From an uncultured bacterium (GTDB taxonomy: Bacteria > Patescibacteriota > Minisyncoccia > Phycocordibacterales > CAIRYW01): a stretch of DNA of 64,000 bases. The notes beneath the pieces were generated by a model that saw only the letters and a program-made list of their open reading frames with translations, was not told the DNA's origin and did no database searches. Positions 38,821 through 48,941 of this stretch are shown here, piece by piece (within the stretch, counting starts at the first letter, position 1; the number at the start of each line of letters is the position of its first letter). The DNA lies in assembly GCA_903882905.1 (NCBI GenBank), contig CAIRYW010000027.1, positions 1,031-65,030 of the forward strand, written 5' to 3'. Position numbers and translations under genes: made by a program.

Positions 38821-38825
38821 AAACC

Positions 38826-39197
38826 ATGATCCAGCCAAGAAGTATAGTCCAAATAGCAGACAACACCGGAGCCAAAATAGGCAGAATTTTCAAAGTACTT
38901 GGCTCAAGTAAAAAAAGATATGCTGAAATTGGAGAAATTGTTGTACTTTCAGTACAAAAAGCTGAACCAAGAAAAGCTATCAAAAAGAAAGATGTACTTC
39001 AGGCTGTAGTTGTGAGACAAAAGCAACCAATTAGAAGAAAGGACGGCTCATATATTCGTTTTGATGAAAACGCAGTCGTTATCATTGAAAAAGGAAAGAA
39101 GGATCCAATTGGAGGAAGAATCTTCGGTCCAATTCCAAGAGAAATTGCAGAAGCAGGATTTCAAAAAATTGCATCACTTGCACCTGAAATCGTTTAA
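38826..39197 (+). CDS. rplN: 50S ribosomal protein L14
   Basis: ADNTGAK, IRFDENA, SLAPE. Confidence 0.96.
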   Translation: MIQPRSIVQIADNTGAKIGRIFKVLGSSKKRYAEIGEIVVLSVQKAEPRKAIKKKDVLQAVVVRQKQPIRRKDGSYIRFDENAVVIIEKGKKDPIGGRIFGPIPREIAEAGFQKIASLAPEIV

Positions 39198-39206
39198 ATA
39201 AAAAAT

Positions 39207-39443
39207 ATGAAAATTAAAAAAGGAGACAACATAATAGTAATTGCGGGAAAAGACAAAGGTAAGACTGGAAAAGTCAGCAAGGTTTTTCCTAAGAATAATT
39301 CAGTTCTTGTTCCTGGAATCAATATCAAGAAAAAACACCAAAAGCCAAGAAGTCAAAATCAAAAAGGTCAGATTATCGATATCCCAACACCAATTGACGC
39401 TTCAAATGTTTCCATTGAGGCAAAAGTTAAGAAGGCTAAATAA
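39207..39443 (+). CDS. rplX: 50S ribosomal protein L24
   Basis: KKGD..VIAGKDKGKTG, PIDASNV. Confidence 0.94.
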   Translation: MKIKKGDNIIVIAGKDKGKTGKVSKVFPKNNSVLVPGINIKKKHQKPRSQNQKGQIIDIPTPIDASNVSIEAKVKKAK

Positions 39444-39448
39444 ATCAT

Positions 39449-39988
39449 ATGATTTCCATCAAAGAAAAACAGAAAAAAGCATTTGCACATCTTAAGTCAC
39501 AATTTGGTTACAAAAATGTTATGCAGGCCCCAAAGCTTGTTAAGGTCATTGTAACAACTGGAGTTGGAAAAGTTGCTGACAAAAAGAAAAAGGAGCTTAT
39601 TTCAGACAGACTAGCAAAAATTACAGGTCAGAAAGTTGCTCCAAGACAAGCAAAGAAGTCAATCGCGAGTTTTAAAGTTAGAGCAGGCGACCAAATTGGT
39701 TACCAAGTGACTCTACGAGAAGCAAGAATGTTTGATTTTCTAGATAAGCTTGTTGATATCGCTCTTCCTCGAACAAAAGACTTTAGAGGTCTTAATGCAA
39801 AGGCGATTGATGAAATGGGTAACGTAACTTTTGGAATCAAAGAACACACAATTTTCCCAGAAACTTCAGATGAAGATGTGCGCGATGTTTTCAGTCTTGC
39901 TATCACAGTTGTTGTAACATCAAAAGACAAGAAGGAAACAGAAGAATTTCTAAGATACCTAGGCTTCCCTTGGAGTAAAGTTAAATAA
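39449..39988 (+). CDS. rplE: 50S ribosomal protein L5
   Basis: ITGQK, LPRTKDFRG, IFPE. Confidence 0.96.
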   Translation: MISIKEKQKKAFAHLKSQFGYKNVMQAPKLVKVIVTTGVGKVADKKKKELISDRLAKITGQKVAPRQAKKSIASFKVRAGDQIGYQVTLREARMFDFLDKLVDIALPRTKDFRGLNAKAIDEMGNVTFGIKEHTIFPETSDEDVRDVFSLAITVVVTSKDKKETEEFLRYLGFPWSKVK

Positions 39989-40117
39989 TCAATATCTAAT
40001 CTATTTTAAATTTAAAAACCGCGAAGTGGAAAACCTTTGCGGTTTTTTACTATGTGTATGATAGAATTTACACAGTGGTTTACTATTAATTGGCGAAAAA
40101 TAATCTTAAATTTTTTT

Positions 40118-42529
40118 ATGAAAAAATATTTTAGAATCTTGCTTAGTGCATTAGTTATTAGTACATCTTTTTTTCTATCTCCTCAGTCTCTTTTTGCACA
40201 GCAAACAGCGACTTCAACTGATGGTTTATCCGATCAACATTTCACTACAGTCAATGTAATTGATGAGCTGTTTCAAGATAAAGCATATGTGATAGGTGAT
40301 ACAGTTAACGGTAGTTTTGTATTAAAGAATACCAACACCTATGATGTACCGGAAGTTTATTATGTAATGTCAATTTTAACAGGGTTTGATGAAAACACCC
40401 TTAAGGCAAAAGGACAATTTGGTGATACCGAAAGACAAGGGCCTATTTTTGTCTCAAAGAATTCAGATAAAACAATAAATTTTTCCTACAAAATTCCTCA
40501 GTTTTTTGACAACACCCAAAAAGGAGAAAAGATTGTACTTCACGTTGAAGCATATTCATCTTCTGGCGTGAGAATGGGGTGGTTTGATAAAGAAATAAAA
40601 ATAGAAAATCTGACAAAACAATTAGCTGAGGTTTTTAATACTAGTATTGAGGTTAATAATAAAGAATTTACTCCAAAGCAAGGCCCGACTGTTCTAGATG
40701 GACAGAAAGCAAATTTTAATGTCGTTCTATACAATAGCAGTTCTTCCGATGTAACTATTTTCCCTGAGATAACAATTCATGATCGCCAACCATCAACTCC
40801 AGTTATCGGAAATAAAACTTATGATCCAATAGTTCTTCCTGCAGGTTTGTATGTTGAGGAAAGTTTTGAGCTTCCACAATTCGACAATTTTAAAGGAGTC
40901 TACGCTGGAAAATTTCGTTTTACCGATGGTAAAGATAACGATGTAGCTGAAGGTGTATATCTTCGATATATTGTTGGTGAAGATTATGGGACCATTCAGT
41001 CTGTGACTATTGATAAAACATCTGTAGCGGAAGGAGACATATTTAATTCTTCTGTTGTATACACAGGACCAGCCACCAATATCAACACATCTCAACCAAC
41101 ACTTGGAGAAGGAACGATGAATGTCAGTATTACAAATGAAAAAGGGGAAATTGTTGCAAGTTCAACACAAAACATTGCTCTAGATACTAATACTGACAAT
41201 AAAACAGTTAATTTTAATCTTGAAGCTCAAAGAGATGCTTCACAACTTTTTGTTTCAGTTATTATGAAAAAAGATAATCAAATACTTGCCACTTACTCAT
41301 CTCGTCTCACGGATCCAGAAAAAGTATTACCTAAACAAAGCCAAAATTTCTCTCTCTATATAATTGCTGCTATTTTGTTTGGAATTATTATCTTAATTAT
41401 TTTAATTGCACTTTTTCTTAAAATGAAAAAACGAAATACAATAATGTTTCTCGCTTTAGGCTCTTTATTTGTTGGGGGTATGTTTGCACCAGGTCATGCT
41501 TCTGCAGCCCTTTATGCTTTGAGCATTAACAGTCCATATGATGGGCAACAAGTAAATGCTGGAGCAACATTTTCTTCTTCGGGTTCTGGTGGTATTAAGG
41601 TATGTGGAAATGAATCAGCTAACTTTACTTTAAGTCTTGGATTTCAAGGTCAGGGGCGTTCAGGTAGTTGTTCAATGGCATCGCACTCTTCTTGTAGTGA
41701 TAAAAGAGTTTGTGATAGCCATGGCCATAATTGTCACACTAAGCAGGTTTGCCAAGGCGATGAAAATTTTTATAATCTCCCTTGTAGTGTAGGGACAACT
41801 TTTACCGCTCCACAAGTACCTGGCTCGTATAAATTATATTTGAGTTATGGAGCTAGTTTTTCTGCTGGTTGGGGTAATGCGTCAGAGTCTGGTTCTACAT
41901 TCGTTAACGTAAATGTAGTCTGTCCTACTGGAACAACTTGTGCAAATTCGCCAGTTCCACTACAAAGCTTAACTGGTGGCGGTGGAGGCAACGCTACCAC
42001 CACCTCTATCTGCACCCCAAAACTCGCCTGCTCAGGAACAAAAATAACTGATGGATGTAATCCAGATATTGATTGTCAGGCTGTTAATGGAGCAGGTTCA
42101 ACATGTAGTCCTACAACTCTTACATGTACAAAATCAGCCGCACAAATATATATAGATACAAACGGAGGTACTAACCTTCCATCAGGACAAGTCGTAATAA
42201 AAGATTTTAAAGCTAATACCATCAATCCATATAATTCAACTAACGGAACCGGAGGAAATTGCAGTCCAGTCTTTAACCTATTAACAGAAGACAAATACTC
42301 AACCTGTACTATCACTGGATCAGCTCAAGGTGATCAAACATACACATATCCCATTGTTACACCTAAGACATTGAGCGACAGTAAAGTTAAGAGCGAAACA
42401 CAGTACAAATTAACTTGTGGTGAAAACCTCCCTGACCCAAAAACAGGAGCAACAACTACCTTAACTGGTACCTCTACCAAATATGCTACTTGTTACATCA
42501 ATGCTAGCTTTAGTGAGGTGAATCCGTAG
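40118..42529 (+). CDS. large surface protein with Ig-like region, TM segment, second signal-like segment and Cys-rich C-terminus
   Basis: Signal peptide, beta-rich body, TM near residue 415, then MKKR..ASA; many Cys afterwards. Confidence 0.75.
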   Translation: MKKYFRILLSALVISTSFFLSPQSLFAQQTATSTDGLSDQHFTTVNVIDELFQDKAYVIGDTVNGSFVLKNTNTYDVPEVYYVMSILTGFDENTLKAKGQFGDTERQGPIFVSKNSDKTINFSYKIPQFFDNTQKGEKIVLHVEAYSSSGVRMGWFDKEIKIENLTKQLAEVFNTSIEVNNKEFTPKQGPTVLDGQKANFNVVLYNSSSSDVTIFPEITIHDRQPSTPVIGNKTYDPIVLPAGLYVEESFELPQFDNFKGVYAGKFRFTDGKDNDVAEGVYLRYIVGEDYGTIQSVTIDKTSVAEGDIFNSSVVYTGPATNINTSQPTLGEGTMNVSITNEKGEIVASSTQNIALDTNTDNKTVNFNLEAQRDASQLFVSVIMKKDNQILATYSSRLTDPEKVLPKQSQNFSLYIIAAILFGIIILIILIALFLKMKKRNTIMFLALGSLFVGGMFAPGHASAALYALSINSPYDGQQVNAGATFSSSGSGGIKVCGNESANFTLSLGFQGQGRSGSCSMASHSSCSDKRVCDSHGHNCHTKQVCQGDENFYNLPCSVGTTFTAPQVPGSYKLYLSYGASFSAGWGNASESGSTFVNVNVVCPTGTTCANSPVPLQSLTGGGGGNATTTSICTPKLACSGTKITDGCNPDIDCQAVNGAGSTCSPTTLTCTKSAAQIYIDTNGGTNLPSGQVVIKDFKANTINPYNSTNGTGGNCSPVFNLLTEDKYSTCTITGSAQGDQTYTYPIVTPKTLSDSKVKSETQYKLTCGENLPDPKTGATTTLTGTSTKYATCYINASFSEVNP

Positions 42530-42546
42530 GGAAATCCAGTAGACAG

Positions 42547-42630
42547 ACTTGGAGGTAAGTCCTCCTCTTGAGAGGTCTTTCCTCCAAGTTATATTCAAAT
42601 TTCTGGATTCCCGCTTCCGCGGGGATGACA
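42547..42630. repeat. double-hairpin REP-like element plus GGATTCCCGC..GCGGGGATGAC palindrome
   Basis: acttggagg..cctccaagt (42547-42589); ggattcccgcttccgcggggatgac near 42605. Confidence 0.7.
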
Positions 42631-42741
42631 ACCAAAAAGTCAAATTTTCAAAGGACAATCCTTTGAAAATTTGACTTTTTTACTGTCGCTTGTTATCCTC
42701 TAAGGAAGCTCATTTTGAGCTTTTTTGTTTCCTTTAAGAAG

Positions 42742-42888
42742 GGACAGAATCGGGAGTACAGCGATTTGCTCATGTGGCACTTCATTACCCCTTAAACTTT
42801 TTACCGTTGTATTTCTGGGTTTTTCTCGGAATTTAACGGCAAAAAGTTTATAGGTTGATGATTTTCGCTAAATCCTAAATCATCAAAA
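42742..42888 (+). repeat. three-hairpin element, divergent copy (rpsN leader)
   Basis: aatcg-ggagtacag-cgatt; aaactttttaccgtt/aacggcaaaaagttt; ttgatgattt/aaatcatcaa just before the ATG. Confidence 0.5.
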
Positions 42889-43074
42889 ATGGCAAAAAAA
42901 TCAACAATTGCAAGAGCAAAGAAAACACCAAAATTCTCATCAAGAATAGTGAGAAGATGTTTCCGTTGCGGAAGAAAGCGCGGTTATATGCGCGATTTTG
43001 GTATGTGTAGAATCTGTTTTAGAGAAGCGGCTAATGAAGGTAAACTTCCAGGTATAAAAAAATCATCATGGTAA
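42889..43074 (+). CDS. rpsN: 30S ribosomal protein S14 (Zn-binding type)
   Basis: [19 protein letters not shown]; 61 aa. Confidence 0.96.
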   Translation: MAKKSTIARAKKTPKFSSRIVRRCFRCGRKRGYMRDFGMCRICFREAANEGKLPGIKKSSW

Positions 43075-43466
43075 ACAGCAAAGTAGCAAACCTAATAATT
43101 AAAATTAAGAATGCCGGTCTTGCACGTCAGGAGACTACGGTTGTTCCTTATTCAAAGTTTTCAGAAGCAATCTTAAAGGTTCTTCAAGAAAAAGGATTTA
43201 TTACATCTTTCAGTAAAGATAGTAAGGGCAAAAAAATAGTTAAGGATATGGAAATTGTACTAGCATACGAAAATGGTCAGCCAAAAATTACAGAAGCAAA
43301 GCTTATGTCTAAGCTTTCAAAAAGAATTTACGGAGGATCATCAGACATCAAACCGGTTAAGAATAATTACGGATTACTTGTAGTTTCAACTTCAAAAGGA
43401 GTGCTTTCAGGCGACGACGCAAAGAAAGCAAAGGTCGGAGGAGAATTATTGTTTAAAGTTTGGTAA
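43068..43466 (+). CDS. rpsH: 30S ribosomal protein S8
   Basis: [16 protein letters not shown]. Confidence 0.95.
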   Translation: MVNSKVANLIIKIKNAGLARQETTVVPYSKFSEAILKVLQEKGFITSFSKDSKGKKIVKDMEIVLAYENGQPKITEAKLMSKLSKRIYGGSSDIKPVKNNYGLLVVSTSKGVLSGDDAKKAKVGGELLFKVW

Positions 43467-43471
43467 AAAAT

Positions 43472-44008
43472 ATGTCACGACTTGCAAAACAACCAATATT
43501 GATTCCTTCCGGTGTTGAAATTACAGTCAACAGTAATATTCTTTCTGTAAAAGGACCAAAAGGAAAAATTGAAAAAAAAATAAATGAAAAAGCAAATGTT
43601 GAAATAAAAGATGGGCACATTGTTATTCCGTTTACTATGGAAAGTTCAGGTACAGTAAAATCACTTGCAGGAACAATTGCTTCTCACGTTTTAAATATGA
43701 TAGAGGGTGTCACAAAAGGTTTTGAGAAAAAGCTTATTCTTGAAGGAGTTGGATTCAAGGCAGATATCAAAGGAAAAGAACTTGTTTGTGCTCTTGGTTT
43801 TTCACATCCTGTTCCTATGACAATTCCAGAAGGACTAGAAGTAAAATCAGAAAAGGGTATAGTAACAATATCAGGAATTGATAAGGAATTGGTTGGAAGT
43901 TTTGCAGCTTTTGTTCGCGGACAGAAGAAACCAGAACCTTACAAAGGAAAGGGTTTTAGATACAGTGATGAAGTGATTAACAGAAAACAAGGAAAGAAAA
44001 CTGTTTAA
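43472..44008 (+). CDS. rplF: 50S ribosomal protein L6
   Basis: LGFSHP, PEPYKGKG. Confidence 0.96.
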   Translation: MSRLAKQPILIPSGVEITVNSNILSVKGPKGKIEKKINEKANVEIKDGHIVIPFTMESSGTVKSLAGTIASHVLNMIEGVTKGFEKKLILEGVGFKADIKGKELVCALGFSHPVPMTIPEGLEVKSEKGIVTISGIDKELVGSFAAFVRGQKKPEPYKGKGFRYSDEVINRKQGKKTV

Positions 44009-44022
44009 TCAAATATAAATAT

Positions 44023-44373
44023 ATGGCAAAGACAAACCAAAAAACAATAAAAAGAGAAGCAAGAAAGAGAAGAATCCGTTCAAAGGTATCGGGTACTTTG
44101 GAGCGACCTCGTGTTTCAATTTTTAAATCAAATAAATTTATTTATGCTCAGCTTATAAATGATGAAGAAAGTAAAACAATTGTTGCTTGCTCAAGTGCTA
44201 TAGAAGGAAAAGGAAATAAGACAGAAAAGGCAACAAAAACAGGAAAAGATTTTGCAAAACAAATCCAAGCGAAGGGAGTAAAGAAGATAGTTTTTGATAG
44301 AGGAGGTTACATTTACACAGGAAGGATAAAGGCCTTTGCTGATGCTTTAAGAGAATCAGGATTGGATTTTTAA
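44023..44373 (+). CDS. rplR: 50S ribosomal protein L18
   Basis: IYAQLIND, FDRGGYIYTGRI. Confidence 0.96.
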   Translation: MAKTNQKTIKREARKRRIRSKVSGTLERPRVSIFKSNKFIYAQLINDEESKTIVACSSAIEGKGNKTEKATKTGKDFAKQIQAKGVKKIVFDRGGYIYTGRIKAFADALRESGLDF

Positions 44374-44382
44374 TTTAAATTT

Positions 44383-45039
44383 ATGTCAGAACCAGAAATC
44401 ACAACAGAAGAAAAAGAAATTATAGCTCCAGAAATTGCTCTAGACACATCAGCCGATGTAGTTGCCGACGTTGCTATGCCTGTAAAGCCAGCTTTTGGAA
44501 GTAACTCTTCTTTTGGTGGCTTTGGAGACAGAAAAAGAAACACAAGACCTCAGAGAAAAACAAAGAGGGATCCAAGATCAAAACCAGAATACGATCAGAG
44601 AATGATTAACATCAGAAGAGTAACCAGAGTTTCATCTGGAGGACGAAGATTTAGCTTTTCAGTTGTTGTAGTTGTTGGAAATCACAAAGGCTCAGTTGGA
44701 ATTGCTACTGGAAAGGCTGGAGATACAACACTTGCAATTGATAAGGCATACAGAGCAGCAAAGAAAAATGCTATCCAAGTAAAACTTCTGAAGAATATGT
44801 CTATTCCTCACGAAGTTCAGGAAAAATTTAAAGGTTCAGTTGTTTCAATTTCACCAGCAAAGGGAAAAGGAATGATTGCTGGAAGTGCTGCTCGTGATGT
44901 TATCGAGCTTGCTGGTATCAAAGATGTAAACGCAAAGATTCACTCAGCATCAAAAAATAAACTAAACATCGCACAAGCAACAATTAAAGCCCTTCAAGCT
45001 CTTAGAGAGCCAAAGAAATTTGAAAGACAATCTAAATAA
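44383..45039 (+). CDS. rpsE: 30S ribosomal protein S5
   Basis: RVTRVSSGGRRFSF, ELAGIKDV. Confidence 0.96.
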   Translation: MSEPEITTEEKEIIAPEIALDTSADVVADVAMPVKPAFGSNSSFGGFGDRKRNTRPQRKTKRDPRSKPEYDQRMINIRRVTRVSSGGRRFSFSVVVVVGNHKGSVGIATGKAGDTTLAIDKAYRAAKKNAIQVKLLKNMSIPHEVQEKFKGSVVSISPAKGKGMIAGSAARDVIELAGIKDVNAKIHSASKNKLNIAQATIKALQALREPKKFERQSK

Positions 45040-45044
45040 ATTTT

Positions 45045-45485
45045 ATGCAAATACACCAAGTAAAAAGAACACATAAAAGAAAGAGTCCAAAAGAAATTGG
45101 ACGTGGAGGTAAAAGAGGTAAGACCTCAGGAAGAGGAACAAAAGGCCAGAAAGCTAGAGCTGGTAGAAAACTTCGCCCAGAAATTAGAGAAGTTATAAAA
45201 AAGATTCCAAAGCTTCGTGGTTATTTCTTTAATAGTATCCAAACAAAACCTGTTGTTGTAAAACTTTCACAGATTGAAAAAACTTTCAAAGCGGGTGAGG
45301 AAGTAACTCCAAAAGCTCTTGCTGAAAAAGGTCTAGTTTCAACATACAAAGGCAAGGTATCAAAAATTAAAATTCTTATTGGCCAGAAAGACGAAAAAAT
45401 TCCAAGTAAAATTTCATTTAAAGGAGTTTTGGTTTCTAAGAGTGCCTTAGAAGCAATAGAAAAAGCTGGAGGTAGTGTATCTTAA
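45045..45485 (+). CDS. rplO: 50S ribosomal protein L15
   Basis: GRGGKRGKTSGRGTKGQKAR; follows rpsE directly (no rpmD). Confidence 0.95.
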   Translation: MQIHQVKRTHKRKSPKEIGRGGKRGKTSGRGTKGQKARAGRKLRPEIREVIKKIPKLRGYFFNSIQTKPVVVKLSQIEKTFKAGEEVTPKALAEKGLVSTYKGKVSKIKILIGQKDEKIPSKISFKGVLVSKSALEAIEKAGGSVS

Positions 45486-45486
45486 A

Positions 45487-46758
45487 ATGCCCAAGGTAAC
45501 AGAAAAATTAAAACTGATTTTCGGGGACAAAGCTCTAAGAATGAGAATTATTTTTACCCTTGTCGGCTTGGCAATTTTTAGAGTGCTTGCAGCAATTCCA
45601 ATTCCTGGAATCAACAAAATTGCACTTGCCAATTTTTTCCAAAATAATCAATTCTTTGGACTTCTGAATGTATTTTCAGGAGGTGGACTTTCAAATCTTT
45701 CTCTTGTAATGCTTGGAGTTGGTCCTTATATTACCGCTTCAATCATTATGCAGCTTTTGACTATGATGTCGGAAAAACTTAAGGCTATTTATCAAGAAGA
45801 AGGAGAAATAGGAAGAAAAAAATTCAGTCAGTGGACAAGACTTGTTTCAATTCCACTTTCTGCACTGCAAGCTTTTGGCTTTATGATACTTTTGAGTAAA
45901 CAAGGAGTTTTAACATCATTGTCTACTTCTGATTTTGTAATAAACATTATCGTCATCACCGCAGGTTCAGCCCTTCTAATGTGGATTGGTGAGCTTATTA
46001 CTGAATTTGGAATTGGAAACGGAACATCACTTATCATTTTTGCAGGAATTATTGCGGCGGCTCCGACTTCAATTGGTAGACTTCTTTTCTCATACGACGC
46101 AAGTCAACTTCCTCTTTATCTTGGACTTGCAGTTGCTGCAGCAGCAGTAATCTACGCAGTGGTCTTTATTACAGAAGCTGAAAGACCAATTCCTGTAACA
46201 TATGCAAAGCGAGTTCGTGGAAACAAAATGTTTGGAGGAATTTCAACTTATCTTCCACTTCGATTAAACCAAGCTGGTGTGATTCCAATTATTTTTGCTC
46301 TTTCACTTCTTCTATTTCCTCAGATGATTTTGCAGTTTATTAAAGGAGCAAGTACTGGTGTAATTTCTGATGTTTCGAATGTGCTTCTAGGCTGGCTTGC
46401 AAACAACTGGATTTACGGGGCTATGTATTTCTTTTTTGTCTTTGTTTTCACATATTTCTATACAGCAGTAACTTTTGATCCAAAGATGATTTCAGAAAAT
46501 CTTCAAAAGAGTGGAGCATTTATTCCAGGAGTTCGTCCAGGCGGGTCAACTGCAGAATATCTTGGTAAAGTTACTACTCGCATAACATTAGTTGGAGCTC
46601 TTTTCTTGGGTATTATTGCAGTTCTACCTCTAGCAATAAAAGCATTTACAGGAATCACATCTATTGCAATTGGAGGAACCGCTCTGCTTATCGTTGTTTC
46701 TGTAGTTATTGATTTGATAAAAAGAATTGATGCTCAGATTTCTATGAGGGAGTATTAA
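45487..46758 (+). CDS. secY: preprotein translocase SecY
   Basis: LGVGPYITASII, GIGNGTSLII, FIPGVRPG, GGTALLIVV. Confidence 0.97.
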   Translation: MPKVTEKLKLIFGDKALRMRIIFTLVGLAIFRVLAAIPIPGINKIALANFFQNNQFFGLLNVFSGGGLSNLSLVMLGVGPYITASIIMQLLTMMSEKLKAIYQEEGEIGRKKFSQWTRLVSIPLSALQAFGFMILLSKQGVLTSLSTSDFVINIIVITAGSALLMWIGELITEFGIGNGTSLIIFAGIIAAAPTSIGRLLFSYDASQLPLYLGLAVAAAAVIYAVVFITEAERPIPVTYAKRVRGNKMFGGISTYLPLRLNQAGVIPIIFALSLLLFPQMILQFIKGASTGVISDVSNVLLGWLANNWIYGAMYFFFVFVFTYFYTAVTFDPKMISENLQKSGAFIPGVRPGGSTAEYLGKVTTRITLVGALFLGIIAVLPLAIKAFTGITSIAIGGTALLIVVSVVIDLIKRIDAQISMREY

Positions 46759-46962
46759 GAAATTCAGGAGCCTACTGGCGACTATAATTTCTTAACCCTG
46801 TTAAATAATTTTTCTTTGAAAAATTAAATTTGATAATTTAGTAAAAAAACTGCGATAATGAAAAGTTGTAGTAAAATAAATTGTTCACATCTCTAAAAAT
46901 ATCAAATTTATTTAACAGGGTGATGATTTTAAAAGCTCGCGCTGCTCGCTAAAAAATCATCA
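46755..46962 (+). repeat. three-hairpin intergenic element, copy 3 (after secY)
   Basis: ttaagaaatt-cAGGAGCctactgGCGACTAt-aatttcttaa; accctgttaaataa/ttatttaacagggt; tgatgatttt/aaaatcatca. Confidence 0.7.
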
Positions 46963-47077
46963 TTTTTTTGCTTGTTTAGGATACAAGATAAATTAATATT
47001 GAAAATAAAAAACAGTTTAGCAAAACTGTTTTTTAGAGCAATGATAATTAAAATTCATTCTGGGGCAATTTTGTTAC

Positions 47078-47557
47078 CTAACGAGTTTTTTCTTTAGGAT
47101 GATCCAAGGATAAATTTATATCATTAATAATTTCATCAAGTCTATGGTTACTTTTTACATAATACTTACTTACACCCAAATTAACGTAGGATTTTATAGT
47201 ATCTGATCCTTCCGTATTTGAAACCACAAAAATTGGAATATTATTCCATCTTCCTCCATTAGCTTTAAATTTTTTTACAAAATCAATACCATTTTCTTTA
47301 CCAAGTAGATTGTGGTCAAGCCAGATAGCATCGATTTTTTCTAAGTCTTCAAGATAATCTAGAGCTTGTTTTATACTGCGAGCAGCAATAACTCCCAAAC
47401 CATTTGTTTCAAGCATTGCATCAAAGACCTGATCAACACTACGAGCGTTAATAACACCAAAACCATTCTTCTCAAGCTTTGCATTAACCGCTTCGAGCAA
47501 TGGTCTCTCATCTTCTATAACCAAAATTGTTTTCTTTTTTATTGATTTTTTTTTCAT
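47078..47557 (-). CDS. single-domain response regulator with internal duplication
   Basis: ILVIEDE, WLDHNL, VVSN, YYVKS. Confidence 0.85.
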   Translation of the reverse strand: MKKKSIKKKTILVIEDERPLLEAVNAKLEKNGFGVINARSVDQVFDAMLETNGLGVIAARSIKQALDYLEDLEKIDAIWLDHNLLGKENGIDFVKKFKANGGRWNNIPIFVVSNTEGSDTIKSYVNLGVSKYYVKSNHRLDEIINDINLSLDHPKEKTR

Positions 47558-47583
47558 ATTTTTTATAAATAAACCCTTAATTA

Positions 47584-48936
47584 TTAAGATAATTTTTTTA
47601 TCATCCCATTTACAGGAAATGACACAAAAAATTTTGTACCTCTATTTTCTTTGGGGGACTCGAACCAAATTTTCCCGCCAGAATTTTCAACGATTGATTT
47701 TACGATATAAAGTCCTAAGCCAGTTCCGTCAGTGTCTTTGTCGCGAACATTGTCTGCACGAAAGAGTTTTAAAAAAATCTTACTGTGTTGATTTTTTGGA
47801 ATGCCGTAACCAGTATCTGTAACTTTTAAAAGAACATTTTTTTTATCTTTTAAGGAAATTGACATTCTTATTTTGCCTTTTTTAGGAGTGTATTTTACAG
47901 CATTAGATAAAATATTTTGAACTACCATTCGTAAAAGCTTTGGGTCGGCATTTATTAGCGGGATTTTTTCTGATGAAAATGAAAAATTTATTACTTTGGT
48001 GTTAATTTGTGGTCTTTGTTCATCTATTACATTTTGTGTCAGCTCCGTTATATCTGTTGGTTTTGGTTCCATGGTAAATGTTCCAAGTTCTAGGCGAGAA
48101 ACATCTAATAGGGCGTTTACTAGCTCAACCATTCTCTGGTTGCTGTGATATACCTCTTCTAAATATTTTTGCTGTTTTGGATTTAGCTCTCCAACATCTC
48201 CAGCCAAAAGCATTTCTGCGTACCAGTTTACAGTAGAAAGGGGGGTTCGAAGTTGGTGTGAAGCGAGTGAAACAAACTCTGTCTTAGCTTTGTCAATTTG
48301 ACGCTCATTTGTAATATCTCTAAAAACTTTAATTGTACCGATAACTTTTTTATTTAGAATTACAGGCGTTACCATAATTGCTAGAGGGATTTTTGTCTTG
48401 TTTTTTCTTGTGTAATAAATAGGATCTGTAGTATTAGTTGCAACCGTTGTGTTAGTGTGTAGAGCAATACTGACAGGATCTTTTTCAAGTGGAATGACAA
48501 CTCCTCTTTCATCCTCCAGAGAGATAGTCTTATAGAAAACTTTTCCAACAACATCTGTACTTTTCCTTTCAAGCAGCTTTTCAGCTGTTTTATTCATAAG
48601 AATAATTTTTCCGATTTTATCGGTAGCAATCAATCCATCACCAATTGAAAGGAGGATTGCTTCCTCTTTTGCTCTAGCCATTTCTAGACTTTTTGTTCTT
48701 TCAAGTACTTTCTTCTCAAGAGTCTCACGAGATTTTTTTAGTTTTTCGGCAGTGATGAGAAGTTTACGTCTTACGTTTTCTTTTTCTTTAGCAGTTGCAG
48801 CAAGTTGTTTTGCCTTAAGACTAAGCATGTTTGCAGTTACAACAAGTTTCCGTCTAACACTTTCTTTTTCTTCAGCTAAAATTTTCAGTTTGAAAATTGT
48901 GTCATTTGACGTGGAAAAGATTGTTTTTTTATCCAT
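47584..48936 (-). CDS. soluble PAS-domain histidine kinase
   Basis: SIGDGLIATD (PAS), SHQLRTP, NAVKY, DTGYGI, GTGLGL; coiled-coil N-terminus, no TM segment. Confidence 0.92.
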   Translation of the reverse strand: MDKKTIFSTSNDTIFKLKILAEEKESVRRKLVVTANMLSLKAKQLAATAKEKENVRRKLLITAEKLKKSRETLEKKVLERTKSLEMARAKEEAILLSIGDGLIATDKIGKIILMNKTAEKLLERKSTDVVGKVFYKTISLEDERGVVIPLEKDPVSIALHTNTTVATNTTDPIYYTRKNKTKIPLAIMVTPVILNKKVIGTIKVFRDITNERQIDKAKTEFVSLASHQLRTPLSTVNWYAEMLLAGDVGELNPKQQKYLEEVYHSNQRMVELVNALLDVSRLELGTFTMEPKPTDITELTQNVIDEQRPQINTKVINFSFSSEKIPLINADPKLLRMVVQNILSNAVKYTPKKGKIRMSISLKDKKNVLLKVTDTGYGIPKNQHSKIFLKLFRADNVRDKDTDGTGLGLYIVKSIVENSGGKIWFESPKENRGTKFFVSFPVNGMIKKLS

Positions 48937-48941
48937 AGGTG

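Noticed and set aside
45040-45044. Missing rpmD as a novel loss
   Set aside because: Absence of L30 is an established CPR trait; used only as taxonomic evidence.
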